DNA of 64,000 nt from Lama glama (taxonomy: Eukaryota). Made by a program: the position numbers and the translations under genes. Where the stretch lies: positions 31,374,001 through 31,438,000 of the forward strand of contig CM052817.1 in assembly GCA_028534125.1 (NCBI GenBank), given 5' to 3'. The notes below the pieces were generated by a model. That model made no database searches. It had not been told where the DNA came from and worked only from the letters and a program-made list of their open reading frames with translations. Shown piece by piece: positions 39,081 through 53,677 of the stretch; positions within the stretch are counted from its first letter, which is position 1; each line of letters begins with the position of its first letter.

Positions 39081-39623
39081 CAGCCTGAATTGGGTTTGGG
39101 GTTTTTGGATAGTTTTTTTGTTGTTGCCGTGGGGGTTGTTTGTTTGTTTTGTGTTTGCGTTTTGTTGTTGTTGTTGTTTTGCCTTCTGGTTTTGGAAGTG
39201 AAGTGGAGCCTCAGAGAGATTTGATTCATCCACTTTCTCTCCCTCCAACTGGCCAGGTGTGGAAGCTCCGGAGGAGAAGAGAGACAGAAATGCCCATCTG
39301 GAGCTGGACTCCACACGGGTTCAAGGGGCCGCTGGTATCCAGCCTCCCTGCTGCCAAACACGGGGGCAACTGAGACTCCACTCCCAGAGGGCACAGGCAG
39401 CTGGAAAAGAGGACACGCAGCCCAGAACTGAGGAGCGGCCCTGACAACGTGTGCAGAGTAGGGAGGGAGACGGCTCTGAGGATAGAAACGCACATCAGCG
39501 AATCAGCCCACAGCACTGGCCCAAAGGACATCTCACAGGGCTTCTTTTAAGGCAGTGATGAGCATGTGATCCGTGTGGCCCGGCACAGACAGACCTTTCC
39601 AAATTCAGAAACTCTGTTCAGTA

Positions 39624-39850
39624 CAGGGGTTCTTAACTATTTTATGCCATGAATCACTTTGTCAGTCTAGTGATACCTTTGTACCCCTTCTCTGCATAAT
39701 GTTTTTAAGTGCATAAATAAAAATACATACAACTAATAAGGTAACCAATTATATTCAGAGAAACTTATCGAAATATTTTTAAATGCATGTGTACCTTAGC
39801 AACATGTTTTTTTTATTGAGTTAAGTGACAAGGTCTAGGGGCAGTACTAA
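39624..39850. mobile_element. hAT-Charlie fossil (MER119-like)
   Basis: CAGGGGTTCTTAAC terminus; CCCCTTCTC...ATAATGTTTTTAAGTGCATAAA. Confidence 0.55.
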
Positions 39851-40969
39851 AAGCTGTGAGACTTTGACGTAGTGATGAATGCAAATTCTTTCTCATGAAA
39901 AACTGAAACAACTCCCAAGTGATATGAAAAGAGCAGGTTTTCACAGACCAAGTCACAGACATTGCTATTATAAGGTACTGTTTTTTTGCGGGGAGGGGTT
40001 GTTCGTTCTGGGGAGCACTGCCTACATCTAGAATTACAGGAAATGCTAAATTTTAGTGAAAGTTTAGTAAAAACAAAGATGCAATTCCTTTTTTTTCCTT
40101 TCAAGTTCATGGATCTCTTTAATCTCAGATCAAGATCCTTTTGTAACTGGATCAGTGGTTCTCAACCAAGGGTGATCTTGCCCCCCCAGAGAACATTTGG
40201 CAATGTTCTAGAGACATTTTTGGTTGTTACCACTGGGGGAGGGGGGGTGTGCTCCTGGCATCTAGCGAGGACAGGCCAAGGACGTGGCTAAATATCCTAC
40301 GATGTGCAGCACATCCTTCTACAACAAAGAATTATCCAGCCCTAAATGCTAATAGCACTGGGACTGAGAAGTCTTGAACTAGAGGAAGAAACTTTAGAAA
40401 AACTAGAGTCGGCATAAAGAAGACATTGTAAAGGGAGCTGGGGAGTCTGCCCCTTGCCCAAACCACGTACCCAGTCCTCAGGACGCCTGAAAAGAATATC
40501 ACCCCCATCCTCACCCTAAGTGTCACTGTGTTTGGAAGATGCTTCCGAGGGAACATAATTTGGGGCAGACACAAGGAAAGAGAGGAGGAAAACACCGGCA
40601 AGGGAGCAGGGTGAGTTAATAAAAGAATAGCAACCAACTGGGAAAAAGGCCTTGGCTGGTTTTCCATAGGAACTTCATCCAGAAACAATGGAGTGTGTCC
40701 TTTGTGAAATGTTGCTGAGGATGTGAGGCAACTGGAAGGCCCTTACCCTGCTGCCAGTTGTGTCATTGGTTACATTCACTTAGAGACACTGTTTGGCACT
40801 AGATACAAAAGATAAACATACACATATGTTTTGGCTATGAATTCCACCCCTAGGCATATACCGAAATACATACAAATTTTTACCAAAAGACATGGAGAAC
40901 AATATTTACAGCAGCATTTATCTTAACAGCCCAAAACTGGAAACACCTCAAACGTCCATTAAGAATAGA

Positions 40970-41780
40970 AATGCAAATTGAAACTACAGTAAGGTACCAA
41001 CTCACACTGGTTAGAGTGGCCATCATTTAAAAGTTTACAAATAACAAATGCTGGAGAGGGTGTGAAGAAAAGGGAGCCCTCCTACACTGTTGGTGAGAAT
41101 GTAAATTGATGCAGCCACTATGGAGGACAGTATGGAGATTCCTTTAAAAACTAAAAATAGACTTACCGTATAATCTAGCCATCCCACTCCTGGACATATA
41201 TCTGGAGAAAATTCTAATTCACACCCCAATGTTCATAGCAGTACTATTTACAATAGCCAAGACATGGAAGCAACCTAAATGTCATTGACAGATGAATGGA
41301 TTAAGAAGATATGGTATATATACAATGAAATACTATTTAGCCACAAAAAAGAATGAGATACTGCCATTTGCAGCAATATGGATGAACCCAGAGATTATCC
41401 TGCTGAGTGAAGTAAGTCATAAAGGGGAAGACAAACATATGATATCACTTATATGTGGAATCTAAAATATGATACAAATGTTATTTACAAAACAGAAACA
41501 GACTCAGACAGAAAAATATATGGTTACTGGGGGGCAGGAGGGTGGGGGAAGGATAAATTAGGAGTTGGGGATTAGTAGACACAAACTACTATATATAAAA
41601 TAAACAACAAGGTCCTACTGTATAGCACAGGGAATTATATTCAATATTCTATAATACACCATAATGGAAAAGAATATGAAAGAGAATGTATATACATGTA
41701 TAGACAACTGAATCACTTTGCTGTACACCAGCAACTAACACAACATTTTAAATCACCTATATTTCAATGTTTTAAAAAAG
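40970..41780 (+). mobile_element. L1 3' portion nested in an older L1M remnant (~40820-42170)
   Basis: L1 ORF2 end and 3' UTR (GCTGGAGAGGGTGTG, GCAACCTAAATGTC); older L1 sequence resumes after it. Confidence 0.85.
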
Positions 41781-42170
41781 AGTAAAATAGATAAATAATT
41801 TGTGGTATAAATATATGGTAGAAGACTATACAGGGATGAGAATGAATGAAATACAACTATGTACACCATGGATGGATCAAACAAACACCCTAAGTGAAGA
41901 AGCCAGGCACAGGAGAGCATACACCACAGGATTCCATCTATGGAAAGTCAAAAATGGTGCATACTAATTCATGGTGTTGGAAATCAGGATACTGATTACT
42001 ATTGGCTTAATGACTTAAATAGAAAATGAGAATTTTGAAGTTCTAGATTTCAAAATTCTGAAATTCTAGAATGTATAATATCTTGATATAAATACTCCTT
42101 ACACAGATGTATGCCCTTTGTGAACATTAAGCTATATACATATGATTTGTGTACTTTTATTTATGTACAG

Positions 42171-42680
42171 TGAGCAGAGGTTAACAGCAAGCCTGTACTC
42201 TTTTTCTCCTAGATCTAGACCTGCCTGGGAGGACTTTAGGTTTGCCTCCTTCCAGCACCAGTCCCCTTGATATGTCCCAAATTAAGACAAATTTGGAGTG
42301 TTGGGTACCAGGGCCAGACATGTGTTTCATACACTGTGAAATCTCTGATCTGTGAGACAGCACATGGGCTGGGAGACTATTAACCGTAGACCCACACGAC
42401 GGGTGAGAGACACAGGGAGAAGCTTCTTTGCATCACGATGAACCCCACAGCCCATGGCCTCACCACCAGCAAACATCCACACTCTCTAGGCAGGAGAGGA
42501 GGGAGCCAAGCATCTATGCAGATGGACAAATGGGAGACGTCTGTTGAGACTGAGGGCTATGCATGATCTTTCCTGTTCTGAGTCCTTCTAAAAGCCTAAA
42601 CAAACTTAGTGCTGGATCAAATGCTACTGTGTCTTGTGAGTTTGATTGCCAAACACATTACTAATGCAATAGTGGGACTG
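42171..42680 (+). mobile_element. ERVL-class LTR (MER77/MER21-like)
   Basis: TGAGCAGAGGTTAAC start; CTGAGTCCTTCTA near the end. Confidence 0.45.
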
Positions 42681-43399
42681 TATATTACACATCAATAAAA
42701 AACTTACTAAAGAAAAAAATTCCTTTGTCTATTCTGGCCAAACTGTTAATCACACCAATCACATGTTCTGCTTGGCCTCCAAATTCCTTCCGTTTTCCTG
42801 AGCTTCCCCTCTCTCATTTGACCTCCTATCTTCTTTTTAGGACTCTCACACACAACCAACCCCTAAACTTCCTGTTTATTACTTATGCAGAGCTGATTAA
42901 CTACTGCAGTACCTCACTCTAAACTAGTAACACTACCCACAGAGAGCTCACATCAATAACTAACATGAAGATTGGTTGGAAAACATAGTTCCCTTCCAGG
43001 AGAAGTTGTATGACTACTTCGCAAAGAAATTTTTTTTTCTTTTGCTGGACAGAGAATGCTGAATCTCTGTCTGAAGACATTCCACATTCACACATTATTT
43101 GGAGTCTCAGTTAGCTATGTGACAACCAGGCATTCCTTTCCTAGTTGGGTATCTCAAAATTTCCTGAATTGTTAATATAAAAGGAATAGAACTTCCTTGC
43201 CACCAACAATATATACTCTTAGAAGCGCCAGCTGCTGCCACGTGATGCCCCAGGAATTACTCTTTGCTCTGTACTGGCTTCCTGCACTAGAGGGATGGAG
43301 GATGCTCCATAGTCAGTCCTATCTTTTCAGTATTTGGGTTTGGGGCTTTTGGGGGGTTGGTGGGGGGAGTGAGGACGTCTAAGGATAGATACCTGCTTG

Positions 43400-44930
43400 C
43401 ATATATTGGTAAGACTTTATTTCCTATGTCCTAACATTAACCTCCCCTCCCTCAGCTTTTGCTGATAAATTGTCTCATGCCTTCCTGAGCTAGACTTTCA
43501 CACATCCTCCTTGAGCCAGCGTCTCAGTAGTAGCCTCTGTCTCACCTCCCCACAGCAGGATCGTAAGGGAAGTGGGGTATGGTAGTTTCAGCAACAGCAC
43601 AGTAACTCACACAAATATTTCTGACAGCACCACTTACATTATCAAGGTTGATAATTCTTGTGCCTGCTGCTCATTAGTTCAATGCACATTGACTGAGGAC
43701 CACTGATGTTCTAACGGATCATTCCTGGAGTGGGCAAATGTGATTTAAAAGTCACAACTGTGGACAGCCAGTAACTTAGAATCTCACGAAACTCATAAAG
43801 CACGTTCCCCCAGAACCACGGTGCCGGGTGGGACAGCACACGAATAAGAGGCTCCTGTCGTTAACCCTCACGGTAATGACTGGTGCCTTCTGTCGCACCC
43901 TTCTCCCTGTGTACTTCTGAAGCACTCAGGACAGCAAAGCTCAATTTCCAATCATTTCCACATATGGTGCACGAGAAGTTAAGATTTACTTCTGATGACT
44001 GATTGTTCCATCTTGAGTCCAAAACCCTGAACTTCAAAAATAATGGAACTTAATGTAACATTTGGGTATCTTGCTTTTGTCTCCTCTTGCTCTCGTGGGA
44101 AAAACAAGTCATCCTCTAGAAGGGTACTAGAGGCACTTTCTATGACAAAATGAGACTTCTTAAATGGTCCAACTTCACACATACAAAGTGTGAAATCTCA
44201 GAACTAAGATTCCAGTTCTGAATTGTTGCAGACAATGGACATCGCTGGAAATAGAAATGTCACCAGGACCCACTCAAAGAAGAACTCTCTCCTATAACCA
44301 TGCTCAATCCTGGAACACAGGAGACTGTCCCCCAGATAATCAGAAACATGCAAAAACAATCTGCTAAATAACACAGGGAAGGTTATGGGGGAGTTCCAGA
44401 AGGCTCACATTCACGTGGTTGGCAAAGGTGCATTTTTCATGAAACTCCGTACAGCTCAAAAGCATGACATTCTGCAGGGGCTGCTCCTTCATTCCAGGAG
44501 TTGGAAGACTTTATTTTCATCTTCTGTGCATGGGCCATCAAAGGAAAGAATGTCACTCTTCTTCAGGAAAGAAATGTCCTCAGACCCTTCCTCAGTAAAG
44601 GATGAGGTGTTCACGTGCCCTCAGGGGGCCTCGGGGCTGTTTTCAGGAAGAGTAGCCAGTTTGAAGGCCGCTATGGAGTATTTTTCCTTCCTTCAGACGC
44701 AAAGAATATTACAGAAAAACCAGAGCTTCGAAGTCTCTGTCAAATACGCATGTAGAAAAATTGTCAGAATATGCTTAAACTTTAAAAAGTTTGAAAAGTC
44801 TATGATCTTTGCGCTGTTTCCGAGAGTCAGTGCGTCTAAAGGAAAACATTCACCATTAGCCACCCACACACAGGGTTTCCCTGTGTGACAGTCTTGCCGG
44901 ACGACGCCCTGGGTCGGCATTCCGTCCAGG
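43400..44930 (-). other. TXK: TXK 3' UTR with two candidate poly(A) signals
   Basis: AATAAA on - (TTTATT on +) at 44510-44515 and 43416-43421; end inferred. Confidence 0.55.
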
Positions 44931-44999
44931 TCACCAGGTTTCCGCGATCTCTGTGAGCACCCGCAGCAGCTCAGCAAACGTCGGGCGGCCTGCAGGTTT
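44931..44999 (-). CDS. TXK: TXK last coding exon (KPAGRPTFAELLRVLTEIAETW*)
   Basis: ttttccAG acceptor; RPTF motif; C-terminus EIAETW as recalled for TXK; TGA at 44933-44931. Confidence 0.96.
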   Translation of the reverse strand, partial: KPAGRPTFAELLRVLTEIAETW

Positions 45000-45199
45000 C
45001 TGGAAAAGGGAAGCGGAGGCGGTCAGCTCAGCTTAAGACTCACTCGGACAACAGCCCTGGAACTTGCTGGCAGAGACCCGGATCTGGGCTGCTTCACCAC
45101 GATCAGAAGACAAAGATATCCTGGCTGACACACAGGGCACGGATGGCAGGTGAGCGAGGCACAAGTGTGAAAATACAAGGGTGGAAAGCCCTCCAGAAA

Positions 45200-45411
45200 T
45201 CAAATGACGGGAGCTGCAAACACCAGCCACGTGTGGCCGTTTCAATTAGTTAAAAATTCAATTAATTAATTCAGTTAATTAAAATTCAGTTCTCAGTCAC
45301 ACTAGCCACTTTTTAATTCTTTAACAGCCAGCTGCGGCTACCGTATTGGACAGCGCAGACACAGCACACTTCCAACATCACAGAAAGTTCCACTGGACAG
45401 TGCTGCCCTAG
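45200..45411. mobile_element. MER3-like hAT MITE
   Basis: TCAGTCACACTAGCCAC...GTATTGGACAGCGCAG...CAGAAAGTTCCACTGGACAGTGCTGCCCTAG. Confidence 0.7.
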
Positions 45412-47147
45412 AGATCTGTTTGGATGACTTGATAGGCACGGGGTAAAGGAAGAGCTGGGAGAGAGGGGCTGCTGGGGTACCAAGCTCCCAAGCTCAGCCC
45501 CAGTTACTCACTACACCTGACCACCTGGGGAAAGAAAGATTTTAGTCAGAAAAGCAAAAGGCATGTTTTCACGAGGGACTTTGCAGGCCTTGGATCACAG
45601 GCAGTGCTGTCTTAAGGCTCAGTTAACAAAAATCTCAGACCATGAAGCCAAGGATTGGAGCATCTTTCCTCTTTCACCATGGGATGTGGTTTGACTCTGG
45701 CTCCATGAGGAAGCTCCATGTTATTTTTGGAATCCCTGGGAAATAGAATTACTCATAGTAGCCACATTCTCACAGGGGTCACCGGCAGCAGGGTTAGTGG
45801 GGAGACACCACCCCTAGTAGCTTGTAAACATAAGGCATCAATAAAAAAGACAGAGCAGATGGATGTGGGAGCACACGTGAGAGTCCTCCTTGAGACTCTG
45901 GGAATAAATTGTGGAGCTTTTTGCTGGTGCTGAGGTTGTGCAGGTAACAGAGCCTGTAACAGGTGTATCGACGCTAATGTAATCATGTTTGAAGCTAGAG
46001 GTGCCTCGTTTACTTGGTCCCCTTGTCAGCATCTCTTTTACCCCCTTCTCTGTCTCCTCTCCACAGATATGTAAAATCCCAACAAGCATACTGTGTGCAC
46101 ATATACAAGCATGTAGCTTAATATGCAATATATATTCCGGAGCTGTTTACATTGTTACTGCAAAGATGCTCGTAAGACATCTGTTTGCTACTAACAGCTT
46201 ACTTTAACATTTTTTATGTCTTTCAAGATTCCTTGCAGAGCAGTTAATCATGTATAAAGTATTTTCATACACCAGGGAATCTTCATAAAATTAATATTTC
46301 TCTGGAATGGGAACAACCATATTGCTCTTGAAATATTGAATTTTCTCCTGTTTGTGAATTGGGAGTCAAGTAATTTCTTTTTCAGCCAGGAGGAAACCCC
46401 TCATCCAGCTGTAATTTTTCTGGGCTGAAACTGCCAGCTGGAAAGAGAGAGGAGCTGTCAAAATCACAGAGGGGTCTGCCTTGAAGGGGAGGGGTGTGTT
46501 GAGTCGGTGCCCAGAAAAGACGGAGGTGGGATATCAACTCCTCTGGCTTTATTTTTAAGCTTGGCATTTCAAGAAAAAGAGAAACTGGGCTCCCGAGAGA
46601 GAATTTTTCTGAGTAGAAGTTCCGGGCGCACATTCTGCCTTCATTTCTATTCTGTTTTAATCTCTCTATAGGAAGTCTTGAGTGTCACAGGAGAGATGAA
46701 ATCCATTACTTCCAGCCTTGGAAAAAACAAGATGAATCAGAAGGACGTAAATAAAAACACCATCCTTCGCTTTCAGTGTGGAAGTGTAACAAGCCTGACT
46801 CTACCCTTAAGTCCTTAAATGGACTTTCCTTTTTCCACCAGCAGTGCTTAAAAGGAATAATATATCTCATCACTGAGGCTTCAGTGACATCGAGAGTTTC
46901 TGGGGCTCCAACCTCAGAAAGATAAGACTTGGAACATGCACTGAATTCCTCAAATGAAAGGCCACCGTCAGAAACAAAATGGATTAATGGTTTCGCAGTG
47001 GGAGTACTTCCGGCTCTCCGGGATCATTCCTGAGAAACAGAGACCTTGTCCTGCCATGACAGAGTCCTGGAGTAATGCTGGCGATAATCAGGTCTGCCCT
47101 CAGATGCTGGGACCGCCAACCCCTGCAGGAAAGTAAGGGACACTCAC

Positions 47148-47305
47148 CTCATGCCAGCAGCTGTACATGACTTCATACAGGGACATGGGTGCCAGGTGAG
47201 GGCGGTAGAGCCTGAAGCCTTTAGAAATAGCTTCTACCACTTGCAAATTTGACTTATTTTCAAAAGGCATTTTTCCTTCTGTAAAAACTTCCCACATCAA
47301 AACTC
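47148..47305 (-). CDS. TXK: TXK exon ([53 protein letters not shown])
   Basis: Kinase C-lobe; 158 nt; gcAG acceptor, GTGAGT donor. Confidence 0.97.
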
Positions 47306-47780
47306 CTGCAAATAAGTGCATGAAAACAAGAGGTTAGAGAACAATGTTTACTGGGAACTTAAAGAGCTGTTTCAAATTCCAAGGCATTCTTCCTCCTCCA
47401 GCCTTGAGTTACAATCATCCAGAGTGGCGGGAAGCAGCCCTGTCCATCTTCGTTTTTGAAGACGTCTATAAACTGCATATATTCCCAGTGAAGTCCAGGC
47501 CCTTCCTTTTCCATTGGTCTCAATTGCCTCCTTATTGGAAGAAAATGCTGGCCGCATCTTCATTTCTAAGTACTGCTCATGCCTCCACACCCTGAAATCA
47601 ATGGAGCTTCCTGCCATTCCATAGAAAATGACAGAATTGCATGATCCCCTGTTGCCTGCAGAGTTTACCAACCAACAGAAGGTATGTGTACCCCTCTTCC
47701 TACCAAAAGACAGACTGCTGGATAGAACCCCCAGAAAATCTGTCAGGGGCTCTGTATATAAACAGGTATTCAAAAGTCAT

Positions 47781-47808
47781 TGATTGATTGATTGATTGAT
47801 TGATTGAT
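47781..47808. repeat. (GATT)n microsatellite
   Basis: About 7 tandem units. Confidence 0.9.
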
Positions 47809-48644
47809 GGGTGAAACTCCTTCAAGGCTCCCAATTTGAGTTTATTTAATTACCCACTTATGCTACAAATGTGTGTTAGGTATTGATCAGAGGCCAGGCA
47901 CAGGCTAGTGCCAGAGGATTCTTAAGCCTGAAAGCAGTCCATGTGCTCGAGAAGCTCACTGTCCAGTGGGGAAGGAAGACAAGGGGTCAGATAAAACTCA
48001 GGGAGTTCTCGTTGTTCAGCAGCCACCTGGTGAGGTGCTCGTGTTCTATCCATCAGTCTCACAATGTAGCTGCTCTCTAGTACAGCTTACAATGTCACCT
48101 ACCAAGACTACCACATGTCACTAGAAAGCTAATAAGATCAGTGGTACAAGCCTAACCTCACTGTGGACAATAAAATTCATCCCCTTTGAGGGTACAGATG
48201 TCTCTCCAAACCCAAGATGCCACCCAGGAAGGTCTGGATGAAAGAAAATAGATTACTGTTCATTTATTGCAATTTTTTTAAGTCAACTCAAAGAACAAAC
48301 TCCACTGGACATGGGTCCAAGGTGTCTTTTTCTCAATGAGGAACATTACCCAATATAAATAGCAACTGATAGATCCCAAGGAGGCCTATGTCTAATTTCA
48401 CAAAATATAAAGGTAATGACGTAAATGAGATAGCATTGCTCGTAGTTAGACAATGAAGTTTATTAATCACACTCAAAATTCAATGATACCATAAGATCAG
48501 TTCTCCTTGCAAGTCTCTGTCGTGTGGAAAAGTTGGCTGAGTTTGTTTTCTAGATCAGTAGATTCTGCTATGGTTTTGCAACAAGTGCTCAATGGGAAGG
48601 GAAAAGATCCAAAAGGCAGACTTATGTAAGAATGCGTGTGACAC

Positions 48645-48970
48645 AAATTTTATTTACAAACCAAAAATAGACTCACAGACAGCAAACTATGGTTACCAAA
48701 GGGGAAAGGGCAGTGGGGGGAGATAAATTGGGAGTTTGGGATTAACAGATACACATCACTATATATAAAATAGATACACAACAAGGATCTACTATATAGT
48801 ACAGGGAACTATACTCATTTTCTTGCAATAACATATAATGGTAAAGAATCTGAAAATATATATACGCATGTATGTGTATATATAACTGAATCGCTTTGCT
48901 GTACACCTGAAACTAACACTGTAAATCAACTACACTTCAATAAAAAATATGAAAAGTGAAAAAAAAAAGA
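48645..48970 (+). mobile_element. L1 3' end, antisense to TXK
   Basis: L1 3' UTR, AATAAA and A tail; imperfect TSD GT(G/A)TGACAC. Confidence 0.85.
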
Positions 48971-49094
48971 AAGAGTATGACACCAGTTGCCAAAGACACC
49001 CTGATGTGTTCAGAATACCTAAGACAGAAACACAGTCATAGGAAGACTTTCAGCAACATTATATTAAGAAATCAAAGTTAAAAGAGATTGGCCT

Positions 49095-49507
49095 TGCCAC
49101 TTGCAGCAACATGGATGTCCCTGGAGAATGTCATTCTAAGTGAAGTAAGCCAGAAAGAGAAAGAAAAATACCACATGAGATCATTCATATGCGGAAACTT
49201 AAAAAAAACAAATAAATACATAACAGAAACAGACTCATAGACATAGAATACAAACTTGTGGTTGCCAAGGGGGCCGGGGGTGGGAAGGGACAGACTGGGA
49301 TTTCAAAATGTAGAATAGATAAACAAGATTATACTGTATAGCACCGGGAAATATATACAAGATCTCAAGAGAAAACATCTCAAGAGAAAAAAATGTAACA
49401 ATGAATATACTTACGTTCATATATAACTGAAAAATTGTGCTCTACACTGGAGTTTGACACAACATTGTAAAATGACTATAACTCAATGGAAAAAAAAAAG
49501 TTAAAAA
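49095..49507 (+). mobile_element. L1 3' end, antisense to TXK, next to an exon donor
   Basis: 15-bp TSD AAAAGAGATTGGCCT (49080-49094 and 49508-49522). Confidence 0.9.
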
Positions 49508-49563
49508 AAAAGAGATTGGCCTATATTATTAAACAAAGCTCCAAAAAATGAACATCAAATTCA

Positions 49564-49719
<156 letters not shown>

Positions 49720-50854
49720 TCATTACCTCTGTTTCCTTCAAATCCTTTTAGTTAACTCTGATTTCTAAAATACAAACTGTTTTACCCCAGGAAGGTTCTG
49801 TATATCTTCTCTTTTTGCTATCACAGTGGAAGAGAATCCCTTATGGAATTTCCTCCTTAAACCAAGACTCAATTGTGTTTATTTCATTTGGATCTCAAAA
49901 TACCTTAGCAATTCTTCAGTCTAAAACACATCCCACTTATCAGTTATGAGAAATTCTAAATTCTGCAAAGAACAACCAAGATTATTTTTTAAAAGATAAA
50001 TACTTGTGGAAGAATAAATTCAAAATTGAATGCTTTATTTTCTTTCTTTATACATATATTTTTGGTAGGGCAGAGAAGGGGAAAATAAAAGTATTTGAAC
50101 ATAATATATCTGGTGCGTAAAATCTCTCGTGCATTTGAATGGCCCTAAACGGAAAGTAATCAGGAACAGCTATAAAGTTCTTTAAAATGTAACGACAAAA
50201 AAAGTAATAAACCCTCTCTCTTTTTTGAGAATTGCATGCAAGAACATCCAAGTGTGGGAATCTGAAAAGAAAGGATAGCTAACCTGTGCCATGCAGCTCC
50301 TTGCATGTGCAATACAGTATTTTTGAAATAAGTATTAATGCTTCCCCACACACCTCCTTTTTTCCCCACATACCTTACCTCACCCCATCTTTAAGCCCTT
50401 TATTGAGCCCGAGATCATTCTACCAGGGGAAAGAGTGAATAATAGAAATCAAAAGGAAAAGAGCCACATTTATTATAGCTTTTGAGTTTCAAAAGTCTAG
50501 ACTTTCTAGAGAAGGAGAAGGACTGTGTTATTAACAAAATATTTGGTAGAATGGCTCATGAATATGAGTGATATCTCACTATCACCACCACCATCCATTC
50601 TGCTAGAAAAATATCCCGTATAAGACATGACATAGTTTTATTCATAATGACCTGAAAGTAGATCAGAATAGCTTAGAGGACCCAGCTAAAACTGGTGCAC
50701 GTCTTAAAGTTCAAAGTGGGTCAGCAGACCATCCAACCACATCAATACTTCCCTCCGAGGAAACAGAGCAAAGCCAATAACGTCTTCAGTTTGTCCACAG
50801 GCAAATGTAAGAGTCCCTTTTATAAGTAAACAGACAAAACAGAGCAGCATGTAC

Positions 50855-50919
50855 CTTGTCATTCCAAAGTCTGAAATTTTTACTATGCTTGTAGAACTGA
50901 CCAAGCAGTTCCTCGCCGC
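50855..50919 (-). CDS. TXK: TXK exon (AARNCLVSSTSIVKISDFGMTR)
   Basis: Tyrosine-kinase AARN and DFG motifs; 65 nt; AG/GT boundaries. Confidence 0.97.
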
Positions 50920-51049
50920 CTATAGACAGAAGAAAAGAATCCCGGTTTGAATACAAGGGTTTTTTCCAAGCGTTTCTCTTCTCCTTTTTCTCACCCGACT
51001 TGGGCCCCAGCACTACTTCTCTGTGTGAGCAGACACGTTATTTTTACAG

Positions 51050-51650
51050 TGATGCCTGTCAATCCTGTCTATGTATGATTCACCACGTCTGCCCTCGTGT
51101 TGTTACATAGTTCGATAAGTGGGGGGACCGGACAGGATAGGCGGAGGAGAGGGACGATGGCTGGGAAGATGGCAGTATCCCTGCCTCCAGCATAAAGGGG
51201 CTTTACTTCCTCTAAGTGAGAGCCAGCAAGAAACCGGTTGGGACCCGACAGCCGCAACTGCACAGCAGCAAAAAGAACCTAACTGGACATGACCCAGTGC
51301 CCATGGTAATATTATTAGCACTGTGGTTTAGCACCCCCATGGGTTTTTCTGTCTACACCACAGGGAAGGCCATGCGCAAAGGGACCAAACATGTAAGCAC
51401 TCCAGGGGCAAGAGCCATCAATCCATCAAAAGACCACCCCTGAGTGGGGGTGTAAGAGAAAGGGTGGACAAGGATCATCCCTTTTCCTCACTTGGATCAG
51501 CCCACCTCCAGATCTTGGATGTGTACTTTCCCTTTTCTAAATAAATCCTCTAAAATCTTTTACTACACAACGTACCATCTCCCGTTTGTAATCTTATCTT
51601 TTGGGTATGACAAGAACTGGGGTCTTCTTCTCTTTTCTTTTGGGGTACCA
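51050..51650 (+). mobile_element. Solo LTR in a TXK intron
   Basis: Inverted termini TGATGCC...GGTACCA; AATAAA ~51540; U5-like GACAAGAAC. Confidence 0.65.
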
Positions 51651-53677
51651 ATGTGATGGATTTTAATGATTCTTCAAAGAAATTTAAAAAACGAACAGAA
51701 ATTTTTTAAACGTGTAATCTTTCTCAAGAAGTATCTTTGGTACGTATCAGGATTAACTCAATCTAAGAGATAAACTATGAATGTTGGTAAAAAAAACAAT
51801 GTGTATTTTTAAATTTAGCTTCATAAATAAAAAGAGGAAACTCCAATATGCACGAGGAATAAGGGACAGTCAGTATATATCTTTGGGATTTTTAATTGCT
51901 AATAAAAACTAAGAAACTGTATTTTAAAACTTACACTACATTAAATATAACCATTTACAGTGATACTTTATCATTTCTGTGATGAACTAAATATAGTGTG
52001 AACTGAATAAAATGTAGAGACAATTAATTTGATACGAAAACAATCCATTTTCAGTCAGCCTAGTCAAAAAAATCATTGATTTGGTTATTTAGCCTCATGT
52101 AGGTTAATGATTTGACAGAATTTTTTCCTTTTCAGCTAGTCTGTAGTTCGGTCAGTCCAAAAAGAAGCAGAAAACCTGAAGCGGAGAGCCAGAAGGAGCC
52201 AGTTTGGAAGAAGCTGACAAATGCCTGCAGTGATCTCAAAGCCAAACCACAAGGCAAGCCCTCGACAGGAAAGACTCCTCTTTAGCGGATATATTTTAAG
52301 TGGCACGTAGGTGGAGAAAACAGAACACAAAAGACGGTGATCAAGGAAGAAACCAAGACTAGGAAGGGCTGCAGATGCCACCCAGAGCAAACAGAATGAC
52401 CAGACCTGTCACCCAACTAAATTTCGAATTCTAATCCTTATCAGGAAGGGCAAACCTACAGAGACTCAGGAAAGTGAGCGAGATGGAGCGGACACCATAG
52501 CCACCCATCCAAAAGCGCGCTCAGTGGCTCCCGTGTGCTGGCCCCTGGGGAAGGGGCCACACAGCATCAAACAACGGCCGAGCTGTGGCAGCACAGCTGA
52601 GCTTTCCCATGTGCCAGGCGCTGCTTTAACCACTGACACATATTAATTCACGTAACCCTCCCAACGAGCCTGTAGGAAGGAAGTGCTGAAACTACTACCA
52701 CTTTACCAGCGAGCCAGCTTGCCCAAGGTCACACGGCTGGTAAGAAACAGGGGGAGATTTTAACCAGCTCTGGAACAGCGTTCTCAATCTTGACTGCACA
52801 GGGGATTCAACAGGGACATTTTCAAAAAAAATGCTGATGGCCAGATTCGACCCCCAGCGATGGGGATTTCGCTGGTCTGGGCTATGGGCTGGGTACTGCG
52901 ATGTTCTAAAAAGCTCCCAGGTGATTCTAACGCACAGCTAAGTTTGAGAACCACTGGTCTGCAACTTGTGTTCTCATCACACTGCACTGCAGAAGTCTAG
53001 GCCTTGATGTCAAGTTGTTTATAGAGCCTAGTATCTGTATAAACAATGTAAACAACTATTACCGGAAGTAGTAAATAATAAATGCCATGAGAGCTCTAAG
53101 TCGTGCGTAGGACAAGCAGTGGTATGCTGGGGCCAGTGAACGTATGCCTCCTTTCTCTCCCCAGCATAGCCTAGCCTGAACGATGGATTATATGGTCCCG
53201 TGGCCATGGCTGACGGAAGTACAGGACCACCGCTCGGTGACAGTGTCAGGGACTTCTCATACATTTGCAAATTCTCATTGGGTTTACTTTGGGGACTTAG
53301 AAATGAGACATGGAAGGACACAAAAGGAACAGTATGAATATCATGAATAAACATGGAGCAGGTAGAAAATGTTTTTCAAGGCTCTTCACCATTGTACTCC
53401 AGTGCCTCGCAGAGTGCTTGGCATACTCTGGGCACTCAGACATCCTTGATTACTGGTTGAAAGAAAGACAAGTAGAAGGAAGAGAAGGAAGAAGAGAGGG
53501 AGGGAGAGGAAGGAAAGGTAAATTAGTTTTAGTTGGTAGATTAGCGGTGATTAATTAGTTCAGGGCTTATTTAGAGTAACACTTTCCTTGGCTACAGCAT
53601 CAATGGGCAATTAAAAATAAAGTGACATTTCCCAACAAATTACATGAATAGGAAAATCTTTAAAATTAAGCCAAGGG

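Noticed and set aside
44385..44888. 167-aa plus-strand ORF antisense to the TXK 3' UTR
   Set aside because: No homology I recognise and no supporting promoter or splice structure; consistent with chance.
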